Part shown: one piece after another, positions 26,980-38,725 of the stretch | Layout: every line of letters starts with the position of its first letter | Numbering within the stretch: position 1 is the stretch's first letter | Source of the DNA: Scyliorhinus canicula | Taxonomy: Eukaryota | NCBI RefSeq assembly: GCF_902713615.1 | Contig: NC_052152.1 | Coordinates: 44,491,810 to 44,555,809, forward strand | DNA: 64,000 nt | Direction: 5' to 3' | Notes under the pieces: generated by a model | What the model saw: only the letters and a program-made list of their open reading frames with translations | Told to the model about the DNA's origin: nothing | Databases searched by the model: none | Position numbers and translations under genes: made by a program

Positions 26980-27063
26980 TCAGCGACGAGGATGTGGAGG
27001 CACGGTTGGTAATTGCTGCATTTGCAGTTGGTCATATGTGTCTTGTGTAGCTGCACTCAGTCC
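26980..27063 (-). CDS. CD247: CD247 exon 8 coding part, GLSAATQDTYDQLQMQQLPTVPPHPRR* (completes ITAM3)
   Basis: Acceptor gctaacaatttaatgcaattatttttag| with a ctaac branch point. Matches human [21 protein letters not shown]. TGA stop at 26982-26980. Confidence 0.97.
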   Translation of the reverse strand, partial: GLSAATQDTYDQLQMQQLPTVPPHPRR

Positions 27064-27139
27064 CTAAAAATAATTGCATTAAATTGTTAGCTGATTGGGT
27101 GTATCAAAAAGAAATACTTTCATATTAATGTCCACAATG

Positions 27140-27818
27140 TTCATGTCCACAGATCTCTGAAGGTTGCCACTCAAGTGGATAGAGCCATGAAGAAGGCTTA
27201 TCGTGTGTTAGCGTTTATTAACAGGGGGCTTGAGTTTAAGAGCTGCGGGGTTATGCTGCAACTATATATGACCCTGGTGAGATCACATTTGGAGTATTGT
27301 GTGCAGTTCTGGCCACCTCATTATAGGAAGGATGTGGAAGCACTGGAAAGGGTGCAAAGGAGATTTACCAGGATGCTGCCTGGTTTGCAGGATAGGTATT
27401 ATGAGGAAAGGTTGAGGGAGCTAGGGCTTTTCTCTTTGGAGCGGAGGAGGATGAGAGGTGACTTAATAGAGGTTTATAAGATGATGAGGGGGATAGATAG
27501 AGTGGACGTTCAGAGACTATTTCATCGGGTGGATGTAGCTGTTACAAGGGGGCATAAGTATAAGATTCAGAGTGGGAGATATAGGAGGGATATCCGAGGT
27601 AGGTTCTTTACTCAAGAGAGTGGTTAGGGTGTGCAATGGACTGCCTGCTGTGATAGTGGAGTCGCACACTTTAGGAACTTTCAAGTGGTTATTGGATAGG
27701 CACGTGGAGCACACCAGAATGACAGGGAGTGGATAGCTTGATCTTGGTTTCGGACAATGCTCGGCACAACATAGAGGGCCGAAGGGCCTGTTCTGTGCTG
27801 TACTGTTTTATGTTCTAT
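27140..27818 (+). mobile_element. Young 5'-truncated CR1 LINE (HER1-like) in CD247 intron 7
   Basis: Nearly intact RT C-terminus (ORF 27175-27627, LVRSHLEYCVQFWPPHYRKDVEALERVQRRFTRMLPG). Its tail gctcggcacaac...gggccgaagggcctgttctgtgctgtactg is shared with the HE1 SINEs. Confidence 0.9.
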
Positions 27819-29562
27819 TAAATTATTTTTCACTGCAGGGATAATCCATTGATGCCCTGTAGGAAACTCAGGCTTGCAGAGAATGTTGGTCAGAGATAAC
27901 TACAGGTGTATAGCCCTGATTTTCCACCAGACAATTCCTACAGGGGCATATCACACCACCATGAGCACAGGATTACAAAACGTTACTTTGTTTAAGGAGT
28001 TTCTAATTTTAATTCTTAATATTGGGCTGGATTACAAAGTTTTCCAATTCAATTCACTGTGGAGCAAGTATGTGAAGAATGTAGTGTAAAGTGCGTAAGT
28101 CAGGAATTTGGTGAGAATCAGAATTCGGTGCAGAACGAGAAGCTGATCAATTGCTTCTAATAGATTGATTTATGTAAGCTTCCCGCAGCAAGTATTTAAA
28201 GATTTTGGCCAGTGTTGAAGTTAAATGCTTAATGCACGTTAGTCTGTAGACAAAGAAACGACTTAACAACAAACTAAAAAGCGAAATATAAATAATCTGT
28301 CAAGAAATAGCAGAGCATGTTGTGTGTCTGTGGTAGTTTGTGGACAGCAAGACTGTCCCAAGTGAACATGTCTGCAGCAGATGTCTCTATCTCTAATCTG
28401 CAGCTCCAGCTCAACACATACAGAACAGTCGGCAAGAGATCAGGTTTGGCGATTGCCAGGAGCTAATTTGAAGAATAGAACCTTAAAGGGTTATAAACCC
28501 TGGATTATTACCCGAGACACATGCAAATTGGCATTGAGGCAAGTATATTGGGGAGGCGAACACCTGATTTAAGGAGTGGTGTGAGAAAGAATATTTCCAT
28601 TTCATGGGACGCTGGCACCAGTACTGGGACAGTAAGGGAGCACTATGCTGGGTTCCACTTGCAACAGGCTGGCACCAGAGTCCAAACAAAAAGAATAGAT
28701 TAGGCAGGTGCAAGGATTTAAACTAGTAAATGTGCCGGGGGTGGGGCTTGGGCAAAGGTGTTAGAGACAGCACAAATAATTGTTCAAAACCAATCAAAAG
28801 TGTAAAGAGTAGAGTAACCTTGGAAATTTATGTTTTAGGCACTACAGTTAAAAGAAAAACTAACTGATGTAAACTGTTTAAACCAGAAGAGACAAATCAG
28901 AAATAGAGGTGAAACAAAACATTAGAACAGAAGCACAAGTTAGGGTATATGGCCCAAGTAAACATTCTTGTACAAATATTTGGCCAAAAGGAACACACTG
29001 AGTGAATTGCAGTTGCAAGGACTATATTATTCATGCAAAACAGTAAGATCCTAGTATATTTTGTTTCCAACCATAAGGTCTATGGGGAAGGCAGGATAAA
29101 CAAGCTGGGGGTGAGTAGCCTTGGTGATTAAGGATGAAAATATTTCAAGTAAGAGGATCTATCAAGTGATAAGCAAACAGAGGAGACTGGACAATATTAA
29201 GAAATTGAAAGGGATTTAACACTGTAATGGGAGTTGTTTATAGGCCCCGTGGTAGCTGCTGTAAATTAATAGATTGTGTAAATACAGACATTACACGAAC
29301 GTATAGTCACGGCTAAGTGGTTTTAATGGGAGATGTAACTCATACAGACTGAATAAACAATAGCACATGACAGAAAAATGGTGAGTTTTGTGTGTGTCTG
29401 GGATAGCTTTCTGTAACAATAAGGGGCAGGCTAAATTAGATTTTGCATTGAGTCACATTTAATTAATAGCCTAATAGTGCATGAACATTTGTCTAATAGT
29501 AAACAGAACATGGTGGGGCTCAACATAGTTTTTGAAAGGGAGAAACACAAAACAGTTACTAA

Positions 29563-30445
29563 GGGCGCTATCTACCAGCCTCCCAGTGGCAGTGTTTAAC
29601 ACTGGTTTCCACAACCGTGGAGCAGGCATACAGCACTTGGGGGGAAGGAGGGTGTCCCAGGTAATTGGGGCCTCTGGACAGGCTGTTTCTCCCAATGCCA
29701 CCTGGGCACTGTGGCCCTGCCAACCTGGCACCCTTGCAGTGTCACCTGGGCACCCTGGTGATGGCAAACTGGGCAGAGCCAAGGTACCCAGAAGGCATCT
29801 TGCTCAGGACGGAGATTGGGCGGTGGGGTGTGGAGGACTCTCAGAGTCCCTAATTAGTATATTGGGCATTGCGGGAGTCCAGAGGCCGGGAAATCAGGGT
29901 GTCATCTCCTGCACTGACGGAGCCTTAAGTGTAGCCTTGCCGAGGCCCAGTTAATAATGGGGTCGTTCTTGGTGTTCCAAGCACCTTGCTAAATACACCC
30001 AAAACGGGGCTTTTTTTTTCCATTCGATCTCTCTCACTCTAAAGGTGCGATCCAATGGCTATGCTGTGCCTAAAAAGCAGCTTGCCACGGCATAGCCGAT
30101 GAAAGGTGTGGGGTGCCCTGCATGAGTGTTGGGGCAGTGCCGGAGGGACCAGGGAACCTCCCGTACTGCATTCTGGGGGTGGGTCGGGGGTCGCTTCAGG
30201 TGCCTCAGAGATCAGGGTGCCATTTTTAAATGGTGTCCCGATCTCTTGCTACACCGGAGAGTTCTGGTGAATGGAGCTCTCCAGTACACATGTGCGGCCT
30301 CGGCTGTGCAATCCCCACTGAGGGTCTGTATACAATGCGATTCGCATTCTGCAGACATGTATTTCATGGTGCTACGAGCGTCAGGGAACACGTGGCTAAA
30401 CGCACTTGCTGTGGGACTCTGTTCCTAATTAGTTGAATTGAGCCC
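29563..30445. mobile_element. PIF/Harbinger-like MITE or two abutting MITEs
   Basis: TAA TSD at 29560-29562 and 30446-30448. Imperfect terminal inverted repeats (TIRs) GGGCGCTATC / GGGCTCAATT. Internal TIR-like ends at about 30020-30060. Confidence 0.65.
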
Positions 30446-31021
30446 TAAGGTACAGGTGAGGTGACTTTCATGGAATGTGACTGACACTCCACGGACAATG
30501 GGCAAATCCAAAACAGGTTAAATGACAAGATAACAGATGTTTTAAATCAGAACCAGTTCATTCCTGAAGAGACAGGTGCTCTATCTGCAAAAGAAAACAC
30601 AGCCATGGCAACTAAAGATAAAGAGACAACATAAAACTAAAAAAGCATGCAAAAGTACAAAAGCAAAGCGTAGACCCTGACCAATTGAAAAGACACAAAG
30701 AACAGGAAAGGATGAAACCACATATTGAGCTATAAAAAGAGTATAATATAAAAACCTTGCAATGGATACCAAAATCAACACAAAAATATTTTAGTGATGT
30801 TCAAAAGATAATTTCTTGAAAATTGATGTGATATTTTCAATAAAAATATGGTAATGGTGGACACACTGAATAATTAGATGGTGGACACACTGAATAATTA
30901 CTTTGCATCGATATTAACAGTTGAAAAAGAGGTCAGCGTACCAGACATTCAAAAAAAAATCCAAGATTGAATCAGATATTAAACAAAATTAATGTAAACT
31001 AACAATAATGTAGGAAATAAT

Positions 31022-31692
31022 GGGCTGCATTTAACAAAACGGTGTACTTCTCACACCTGCCTCGGAAAGAAAGTTGATCGGCAGCGGCCAATAAGCCCGC
31101 CACGCAACCATAACATGCTGGAGAGGGACTAAACTAGCTAAGAGTGGGACTTCTGCCCCTCATTGGGAAGAAGTCCCGCCTTTGAGAGCTGTGGTCGGAA
31201 GCTCTTGCATTCCTGGCAGCCCCAGGGCTCCGTAGTGGCCGCTGGCAGGACTACAGGAAAGAGTGTAATGATAACTGCAGATCAGTAAGTCCTGGGCTTT
31301 TAGTGTGGGGATGGATCCGAGACCCCAGGGATCTGGGTTTTGGAAGGCAGATGGTGATGGTGGGGATGTTCCTGATGCATACCCCTCCCCAAATGAGATG
31401 TCCCCTTTCCTGCCGTTTTTCATCAAAGCCACAAAAAACAGCCTGCACGTTCCCGCCCATGCCAACTGCATTATGGTGTGGGCAACATAAGCCCGTGAAT
31501 AGGCAAATTAATCTTTGATTAATCATGTAAATATAGTAGGCAGATGACCAATTTTGGCACTAACTCATTAGTGTATTCTGGGGGTCAGTTTGGGGGTGGG
31601 CAAGAGATCGTGGGCTAGCCGCATAATATATTATGAGGCCACCCACCATGCAACTGAAATCACATCCAGCAGGGGGCTGTAGAATCCAGCCC
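31022..31692. mobile_element. Harbinger-like MITE
   Basis: TIRs GGGCTGCATT / GGGCTGGATT (reverse complement of aatccagccc). Interrupts the old CR1 RT. Confidence 0.6.
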
Positions 31693-32607
31693 AAATGCCA
31701 GGTACAGATGGTTTCCATCCCAGAGTTTTAAAGGAAGTGAGGAAATTGCAGATGTCCTAATTATACCAAAGTTTCATTGATTTAGGAAATGTTACTTTAG
31801 GTTGGAAAATTGTGCATGTCACTCTCCTTTTTTCAGAAAGGCGAGAGAGAAATCAGTAAAATATAGACCAGTTGGCCTAACATCTGATATTCGGTAATTA
31901 CTAACATACACAATGAAGGATAGGTAGGGTAACTGACCGCCTTGAAAATGTTCAGTTCATCAAAATGAACCAGTATGGATATGTGCAAAATGGTTGATGC
32001 CTGCCAAAACTGATTAAATATTGTGAAGAGGTGACTGAAGGAGTGAAGCAGGAGAGTGTCCATGTGCATTAGTTATATGTATTTCCAGAAGGCATGTGAG
32101 AAAGTCCCTCATACAGACATGGCTGAAGTTGTAACTCATGAAATTGGTTATTGAAGATCCAAAGAAACTTGGAAACCAGCTACATGGGTCATCATTTATT
32201 GTGCCTGTTCATGATATTTTTTATCATAAAGGCTAATAGAATACTGGCATCTAGAGGACTGGAATAAAAGGAGGTGGAAGTCCTGTTTCAGCTATTGCAA
32301 CGTCCTGCTTAGACCATATCTAAAGTACTGTGAGCAATTCCGAGCACCATATATTAGAAATAATATATTGAATGAGGTTAAAGACATTGGGAGTTGCAAT
32401 GTTCGAGAGAAATTTGAAAATGAGAATTTTTAAATTGAGGTATCGCTTAACCAGGAACCAGTGTAGCACAAGGGTGATTGATGAATGGGGCACAGTGCAT
32501 GTTAGTTAAGTTTCCACTAGGTGGAAGATGAGAGGGCAGCCTAATGGCTTATTTATCAATTGTATGTCTTCTTCTGAAGGCAGCAACTCTATTAATTTAT
32601 TTCCTAC

Positions 32608-32643
32608 CTGGTAAATATCATTCCCTCCTTTGCCTCTTCGCTT
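32608..32643 (-). CDS. CD247: CD247 exon 7, KRRGKGGNDIYQ (basic stretch and first Tyr of ITAM3)
   Basis: Acceptor tgtttttcttcctgaacag| and donor CAG|gtagga. 36 nt like human exon 7 (RRRGKGHDGLYQ). Confidence 0.95.
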
Positions 32644-32929
32644 CTGTTCAGGAAGAAAAACATACAAATTATTCCTAAAGTGCATATTTATCAGTTTCAC
32701 GGCTAAATCTCTGCTAAATTTCACATGAACACACTTGAGGATAGATTGTCCAAAGTTTTTGCTCACATGTGACAACTTGCATCTTATGAACATCTACCAG
32801 AAAATCAGAATGAGGTACAGACAAGGTCCTTGAATAATTTACCCTTTGTGGTTTTCACTGAATCCTAAAAGCGCAGAAAGCCGTTCTACCCATAATGTCT
32901 GCATCGGGTCTCCAAATGAGCAATTCACA

Positions 32930-33762
32930 TAGTGCCTTTTTCTATAGGTCCTCCATATTTTTCCTTTTCAGATAACAGTCTGAAAGATGTTTCTGCAGAT
33001 GTGCCATAGAGAGCATCCTCTCCGGCTGCATCACAGCTTGGTATGGCAACTGTTCGGTCCAAGATCGCAAGAAACTGCAGAGTGTGGTGAACTCGGCCCA
33101 AAGCATCACACAAGCTTGCCACCCTCACATTGATTCTGTCTACACCTCCCGCTGCCTCAGGAAGGCAGACAGCATTATCAGAGACCCCTCCCACCCAGGC
33201 ATTGCCTTCTTCCAGACCCTTCCATCAGGCAGCAGGTACAGAAGTCCGAAGACCCACACATCCAGACATAGAGGAACAGTTTCTTTCCCACAGCTACAAG
33301 ACTCAACGACTGCCCCTCAGACTGATCTGTTCCCTGTAAGAACACTACTCACGATGCCCTATGCTGCTCGTGCTCATGTATTTTCTTTGTTTGGCCCCTT
33401 GTTCCATACTGTCACCAATCACTGTTTGTCGATGTACCATTTGTCAATGTACTCTGTTGCTTATTCTTTTTGTCTACTCTGTACGTACTGGGGCTGGTTT
33501 AGCTCACAAGGCTAAATCGCTGGCTTACCAAGCAGGCCAGCAGCACGGTTCGATTCCCGTACCAGCCTCCCCGGACAGGCGCCGGAATGTGGCGACTAGG
33601 GGCTTTTCACAGTAACTTCATTGAAGCCTACTCGTGACAATAAGCGATTTTCATTTCATTTCATTCATTTCATTTCATTTCATTACTGTGTACATTCTCC
33701 GGTCGCAAAAAAATACTTTTCACTGTATTTCGGTACATGTGACAATAAATCAAATCAAATCA
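32930..33762 (+). mobile_element. Rex-Babar LINE 3' end in intron 6
   Basis: RT C-terminus ...ESILSGCITAWYGNCSVQDRKKLQSVVNSAQSITQ...IIRDPSHPG. Tail gtgacaataa(atcaa)n. Confidence 0.8.
33491..33683 (+). mobile_element. tRNA-derived SINE family B, (ttcat)n tail
   Basis: Box A/B head (gggctggtttagctca...ggttcgattccc). TSD tactg. Near-identical to four other copies in the window. Confidence 0.9.
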
Positions 33763-34479
33763 GTCTAATTTATTTTTTATTGCACCCGTCACACTCTTGT
33801 TCCCTTTCCTTTCTATTCTTTATTCTTATTTCTTAGTCCACGCCATGCCTGCCTGTTAAGCTTTTCAGTTGTATTGTTGCATTTTCTCTTATCATCTTTC
33901 CCAGCATCCACAATTAATTTGAAAGCATCCTATCAATATTATAGGAAGCAAGCAGTCTGCTGAGATTATTGGTGCATGGAGGCACAATTTGTGGTCCTGG
34001 CCTTGCTAGACCTGCTATCTAGCTTTCAAGACTGAACATCTCTTATCTGGGATTTCTTGGTGTTGAAAGATCTGCTAACTGAAATAAATTAATAGTGACA
34101 TAAATAATGAAGTAGTATGTGTGCATATCATACAAAAACGACACTATCTGCACTGGAGGCAGTGATCTGTACACATTTGCACTGGAGATGTAGGCTGTGC
34201 AATATTTATTCAGTTGGTAACATAAGCTGAACAAATTAAAACTGTCTTTGTCACTAAAATAATTTCTTCTTCCCTCCAAACTCAATCCTTCTGCTTTGAT
34301 GGGAATGCAACTTATTTATTTTGTAATACGCAAATGCATTGATAGTGAGAAAGACAGAATTAGACATGGTAAATAGCTTTTAACGTGATGGACTAAGTGA
34401 CCATATAATTTATAATTGGTCATAATTATTTACAGGAAGTTACTATAATCTATGCATGAATCAGTACTTCTGATCATAC

Positions 34480-34536
34480 CTGCTGAGTTGGTTTGAGTTC
34501 ACCATAAGGCTCACTTCTGTTCTTGGGATTCAGTTT
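34480..34536 (-). CDS. CD247: CD247 exon 6, KLNPKNRSEPYGELKPTQQ (completes ITAM2)
   Basis: Acceptor atttattttgtttgcag| and donor CAG|gtatga. 57 nt, the same length as human exon 6. Gives YSKL-x8-YGEL. Confidence 0.93.
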
Positions 34537-34594
34537 CTGCAAACAAAATAAATTTTGACCCTCCGGTTAAAATGCAGATCAATTACAAATGAAT

Positions 34595-34895
34595 GTACCT
34601 GTCAATGCAATTCTACCTCGAAGGACAAAGGCAGCAGATGCGCTGGAATACTGCCATCTGAGTTTCCCTCCAAGCCACACCATCCTGACTTGGGACTATA
34701 ACTCAGTTCCGTCAGTGTCGTTGGGTCAAAACCTTGGAACTCCCTTCCGAACAGCACTGTGAGTGTACCGACTGTCTGCATCGGTTCAAGAAGGTGGCTC
34801 ACCACCACTTTCTTAAGGGAAATTAGGGATGGGCAATAAATGCTGGTACTGGCCTAGCAAGTGACACCCACATCCCATGAAAGGATTTTTAAAAA
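34595..34895 (+). mobile_element. CR1/L2-group LINE 3' end
   Basis: Tail ggttcaagaaggtggctcaccaccac...agggatgggcaataaatgctgg, the same family as 16715-18380. Confidence 0.75.
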
Positions 34896-35785
34896 CACAC
34901 GTTAAGAGATGTGCAAAACAAGTGCAAGCTCATTTTGTTCTATTGAATGCCAATTGTTTTACATGGCATCTTCTTCAAACATGATCAAGAATTACAATGT
35001 AGATGGTCATTGGTATAGCTGTACTAATCTATGACACCTGGTGGATGATGCACACAGCTGATTGACTTGAGAGCTGACAGGGAATTGTGCTACAGGGATC
35101 ATTAGGGTATTTTGAATGGGGCAGGTGAATAGGGGTGGAGGGGTGATTAGATTAAAATTTCAAAAATCTACCCAACTCTTTCAGGCCTCAAATATACCCA
35201 CTTGCAGTTTTGATAGTGAAGGGTTCAGGGACACGGGCAGCTCACAAGATGATCCAGATATGCTAATGAGACTGCATGCTTCAAATTTTGACCCTTATGT
35301 CTGCAGAGTGGGTTTCACAGGGTTTGGAAAACCCAGCAGCTAAAGTGAGGTGAGAAGAACCAGCTCCATCAGAAATGAGCACGGAATGTAGAACAGGAGT
35401 GCATCCCCAAACTCACTTTCCTTCCCTGTGATCGACCTCCCAACCCACATTCAAATCATACTTCCCCATTTCAATCAATGATTCCCACTTCTCCCCTCCC
35501 CAGCTGTAGCCTTCCATCTAATGTCTTCCCACCTGTCAGCCAGCCAAACTCTCAATGTGGTTGGACGCCAGCCGGAAAACAGAGAGAGAAAAAAATTCAG
35601 TAGGACCAACATTACTCCTATTTCAAAGATTTCCCAGCCATCATTACGCCCCATAATTCTCAGAATGAGATTTGAATTAAGTTCCACAACTTGCAATATT
35701 CTGCACATGCCCCTCGGGGGTAGGTGATGATGAATAGGTTTTACATCAGAATCAAAACATACTTTTGATCACATCCTTCACACTT

Positions 35786-36015
35786 CAGTGGTATAGGGGT
35801 ATTGTAACTGAAGTAGTATTCCGGAGACCCAGGGTAATACCATGACGACCCACATGGCAGATAGTAAAATTCGAATTGAATAAAATCTGGAATTAAAAGT
35901 CTAACAAAGACCATGAAACCAATGTCGTAAAAAGCCACCTGGTTCACTAATGCACTTTAGTTGACTCTTAAATGCCCCCTCAAGGGGCAGTAAATGCTGC
36001 CCCAGAGTAACAAAT
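35786..36015 (+). mobile_element. tRNA-derived SINE family D, decayed
   Basis: Head cagtggtatagggg...ccagggtaat, core aataaaatctggaattaaaagtctaa...catgaaacc...ggttcactaatg, and a tail resembling the CR1/L2-group LINE end. Confidence 0.6.
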
Positions 36016-36246
36016 ATTTGGGATCGGGAGTCCAGCCAACAGATTCTGCTCCTTCCCACGTTAGTCACAATCCAGCAGAATATCTTCATTACAAGTCAGT
36101 TGGTAGATGATTCAACTTTGTGCCAGCTAAATACTAAGAGTTAAAAGTGTGTGCTATTATTATGTTGTTTTACTAGGGAGGGACTAGTTTAGACAGTAAA
36201 GATTCTGCAGCATGCATAGTCATTTCTTAAATTCCGAACTACTTAC

Positions 36247-36288
36247 GGAGTAGGTGTCATTATGAGCCGCATCATCTCTCCTTTGGTT
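36247..36288 (-). CDS. CD247: CD247 exon 5, NQRRDDAAHNDTYS (first Tyr of ITAM2)
   Basis: Acceptor tttatttatttttctcttaacag| and donor TCC|gtaagt. 42 nt, phase 0-0. Positional homolog of human QRRKNPQEGLYN. Confidence 0.92.
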
Positions 36289-36893
36289 CTGTTAAGAGAA
36301 AAATAAATAAATGTTATATATTTAACAATGTTTTGCGCAGTTAATACATTGCGTACAGAAAATGAGACTGTTGACTCCCTGGCTACCTTAAGGGATACTG
36401 CAGCACTTGCATGTTTCTGGTAGCATGCCCCATTTATATGTATATCAGCATCCTAGGACTGCAATTTGCTATTATTGGTTGGAAATGGTCAGAGCGTGCA
36501 CTAGGGGTGATAGAACCAAAATGGTGCCCTGCAAAGGTAAGTTTGTAATTTTGCCCTATTCAAAGATCCACCCTCCACATTAATGACCAACTCCTGCATT
36601 TACATTGCTGTCAAATGGGACAGTCCGATATCGGCCTGGCCTACTACTGTGAATAACATCAGAATACCTGTTTGGCTCCTCGCAGCTCATAAAAGCCATG
36701 AGACATGGAAAGCAATGCTTTGGGTGGACTGCTGTAGGTAAAATCAGACTATTTTGCACCATTGGGACTACATAATCCTTTAATCTGGAACAGGAATTGG
36801 ACCAGCCAACATCCAGTTTTAACAAAGATGTGATAGGTGAGCAACCAATCACTCACGGGAAACAGGTTGATTATTTAAATATTATAATGAGGT

Positions 36894-37262
36894 ACATAGA
36901 ACATAGAACAGTACAGCACAGAACAGGCCCTTCGGCCCTCGATGTTGTGCCGAGCAATGATCACCCTACTCAAACCCATGTATCCACCTATACCCGTAAC
37001 CCAACAACCCCCCCCAACCCCACTTAACCTTACTTTTAAGGACACTACGGGCAATTTAGCATGGCCAATCCACCTAACCCGCACATCTTTGGACTGTGGG
37101 AGGAAACCGGAGCACCCGGAGGAAACCCACGCACACACGGGGAGGACGTGCAGACTCCGCACAGACAGTGACCCAGCCGGGAACCGAACCTGGGACCCTG
37201 GAGCTGTGAAGCATTTATGCTAACCACCGTGCTACTGTGCTGCCCCTGCTACCGTGCTGCCC
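36894..37262 (-). mobile_element. HE1-type V-SINE (family A), full length, intron 4
   Basis: tRNA head, V-domain (gtttcctccgggtgctccggtttcctcccaca) and a CR1/HER1-type tail ending (ttcta)n. Short tandem duplication of its 5' end. Confidence 0.92.
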
Positions 37263-38487
37263 CACAGGTATGTGCCTTCACTTTACCAGTCAATCTACCA
37301 GAGGCAGCCAGGTTTTTCGGGAATCTCAGCATCTCAAAGCAGGTGACAGGGTCTGAATCCATGAAGTAAATGACTTCATAGTGCTGCTTTTGGGTCAGAG
37401 CAAGAGTGTTTACTGGATTAGTTTGTTCGCTGCCCTACCAACGCTACCATCAAAACCACCATGGGACCCTCCCCCACTTCCCACAATCAGGACTCCCCCA
37501 ATACAACTATTGCTGATCAGCCCTGCAAAGAAGACTTAATGCTCGAAAGGCCTAGGGCCTGTCAACCTGGCTGCTTGAGAGCAAGAATTTCATTTACAGG
37601 AACCGTGGAATGATACATTCAGGAAATACACTCTTCCTCGTTTCCCAAACCCTTCCCCCTAACACTAAACAGCTCAGCTTCAGGCTAAAGTAACCTGCTT
37701 TCCCCAGATGTGAGGTACACACACCGCTCTCTCCCCGCATTCCACTGTGGTTTATGGTTAGATGGGGGTTAGGTGTGCACAACTTAGTATTGATTTTTGT
37801 GTATAATGTCTGTTCTTTCTACATTTTCCGCTCTTGACATACTCAAATAGGTAAACACTGAATTACTCAAGAATTTACTAATGAAAAGACAGCTGAAAGT
37901 AAGAAACAGTGACACTGCCCCATTAGTCACCGAAACCAATATTTTAAAATTGATTTACATGCATATCTTTTGTCTTGTTAACTAGAACACGCTGGGAGAA
38001 ATTAAATTTTCAATTTGCATTTTCCGTATTATCCGTCATCTCATGTGGGACTGAGCAAAAATCTGCTGTTCTTTCTTTCAAGGGCAAGAATCTATTTCCA
38101 GATCCATTGTCCTTCACTTACTGCTGACTTCACCTCCTTTTCTAATTTCATCTTTTGCCAATCTCCTCTGACCTTCCCATCTGATAATTCAAACAATCCA
38201 TCCTCAGCTTCATCCACGTTCACGCCAGCTCAATGAATGCATGCTCAGTACAAATGCTGAACTATTCTGCTGCCTTTGCTTCCACAACACTCTTCAGCCT
38301 CTCTGCTTCATCTGGATCCTCTCTTTGGCCTGTAACACTCTCCGTCTTTTTATCGAGAACTGTCAGTGTGATAATCAACCGCTTGTCAATTCCATCATGC
38401 AATTGCTCTGGTCTTTTTTCCTCTGAACTTTGGCAAGGATATCTATTCCCCATTGCTTTCCAGTGCCTGTCACTGAAAGTAGATAAA

Positions 38488-38725
38488 TGTGATGATCCAA
38501 CCACTGTATATATGTGTGCTTGCAGTAGGGGGATGTATGGCCGTACCTGTATTACAGGTTTCTATAGCCCCTACCGGCTAGCTCCGCCCACAGGGAGCTG
38601 TATTAATATTCGTAAGTTTCACTGAGATGCCATTCTACAGCTGCCGCCGGAGGAATAGCATCTCACTGTAATAAAGCCTCTCTTGTACTTCACTCGAGTC
38701 TTTGTGTACAATTGTTAGCGCCACA
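38488..38725 (+). mobile_element. Solo LTR
   Basis: TG...CA ends, GC box (ctccgccc), TATA-like tattaata and AATAAA near the 3' end. TSD unclear. Confidence 0.65.

Larger units (their letters stand above)
28310..32460 (+). mobile_element. Old near-full-length CR1 LINE filling intron 7, interrupted by MITEs
   Basis: ORF1 esterase remnant (LRSGVRK/EWCEKEYFHFMGRWHQYWD about 28570-28640), endonuclease remnants at 28950-29560 and RT remnants at 31700-32130 (PGTDGFHPRVLKE). Confidence 0.7.

Noticed and set aside
26983-26994. tRNA-Ser PBS-like gcgacgaggatg
   Set aside because: It is the reverse complement of CD247 exon 8 codons (HPRR), and there is no adjacent LTR.
38100-38470. Purine-rich minus-strand ORF (38262-38504) as an extra CD247 exon or a new gene
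   Set aside because: It has stops and frameshifts, runs into a solo LTR, and is more likely a decayed coiled-coil retroelement ORF1. I could not assign a family.
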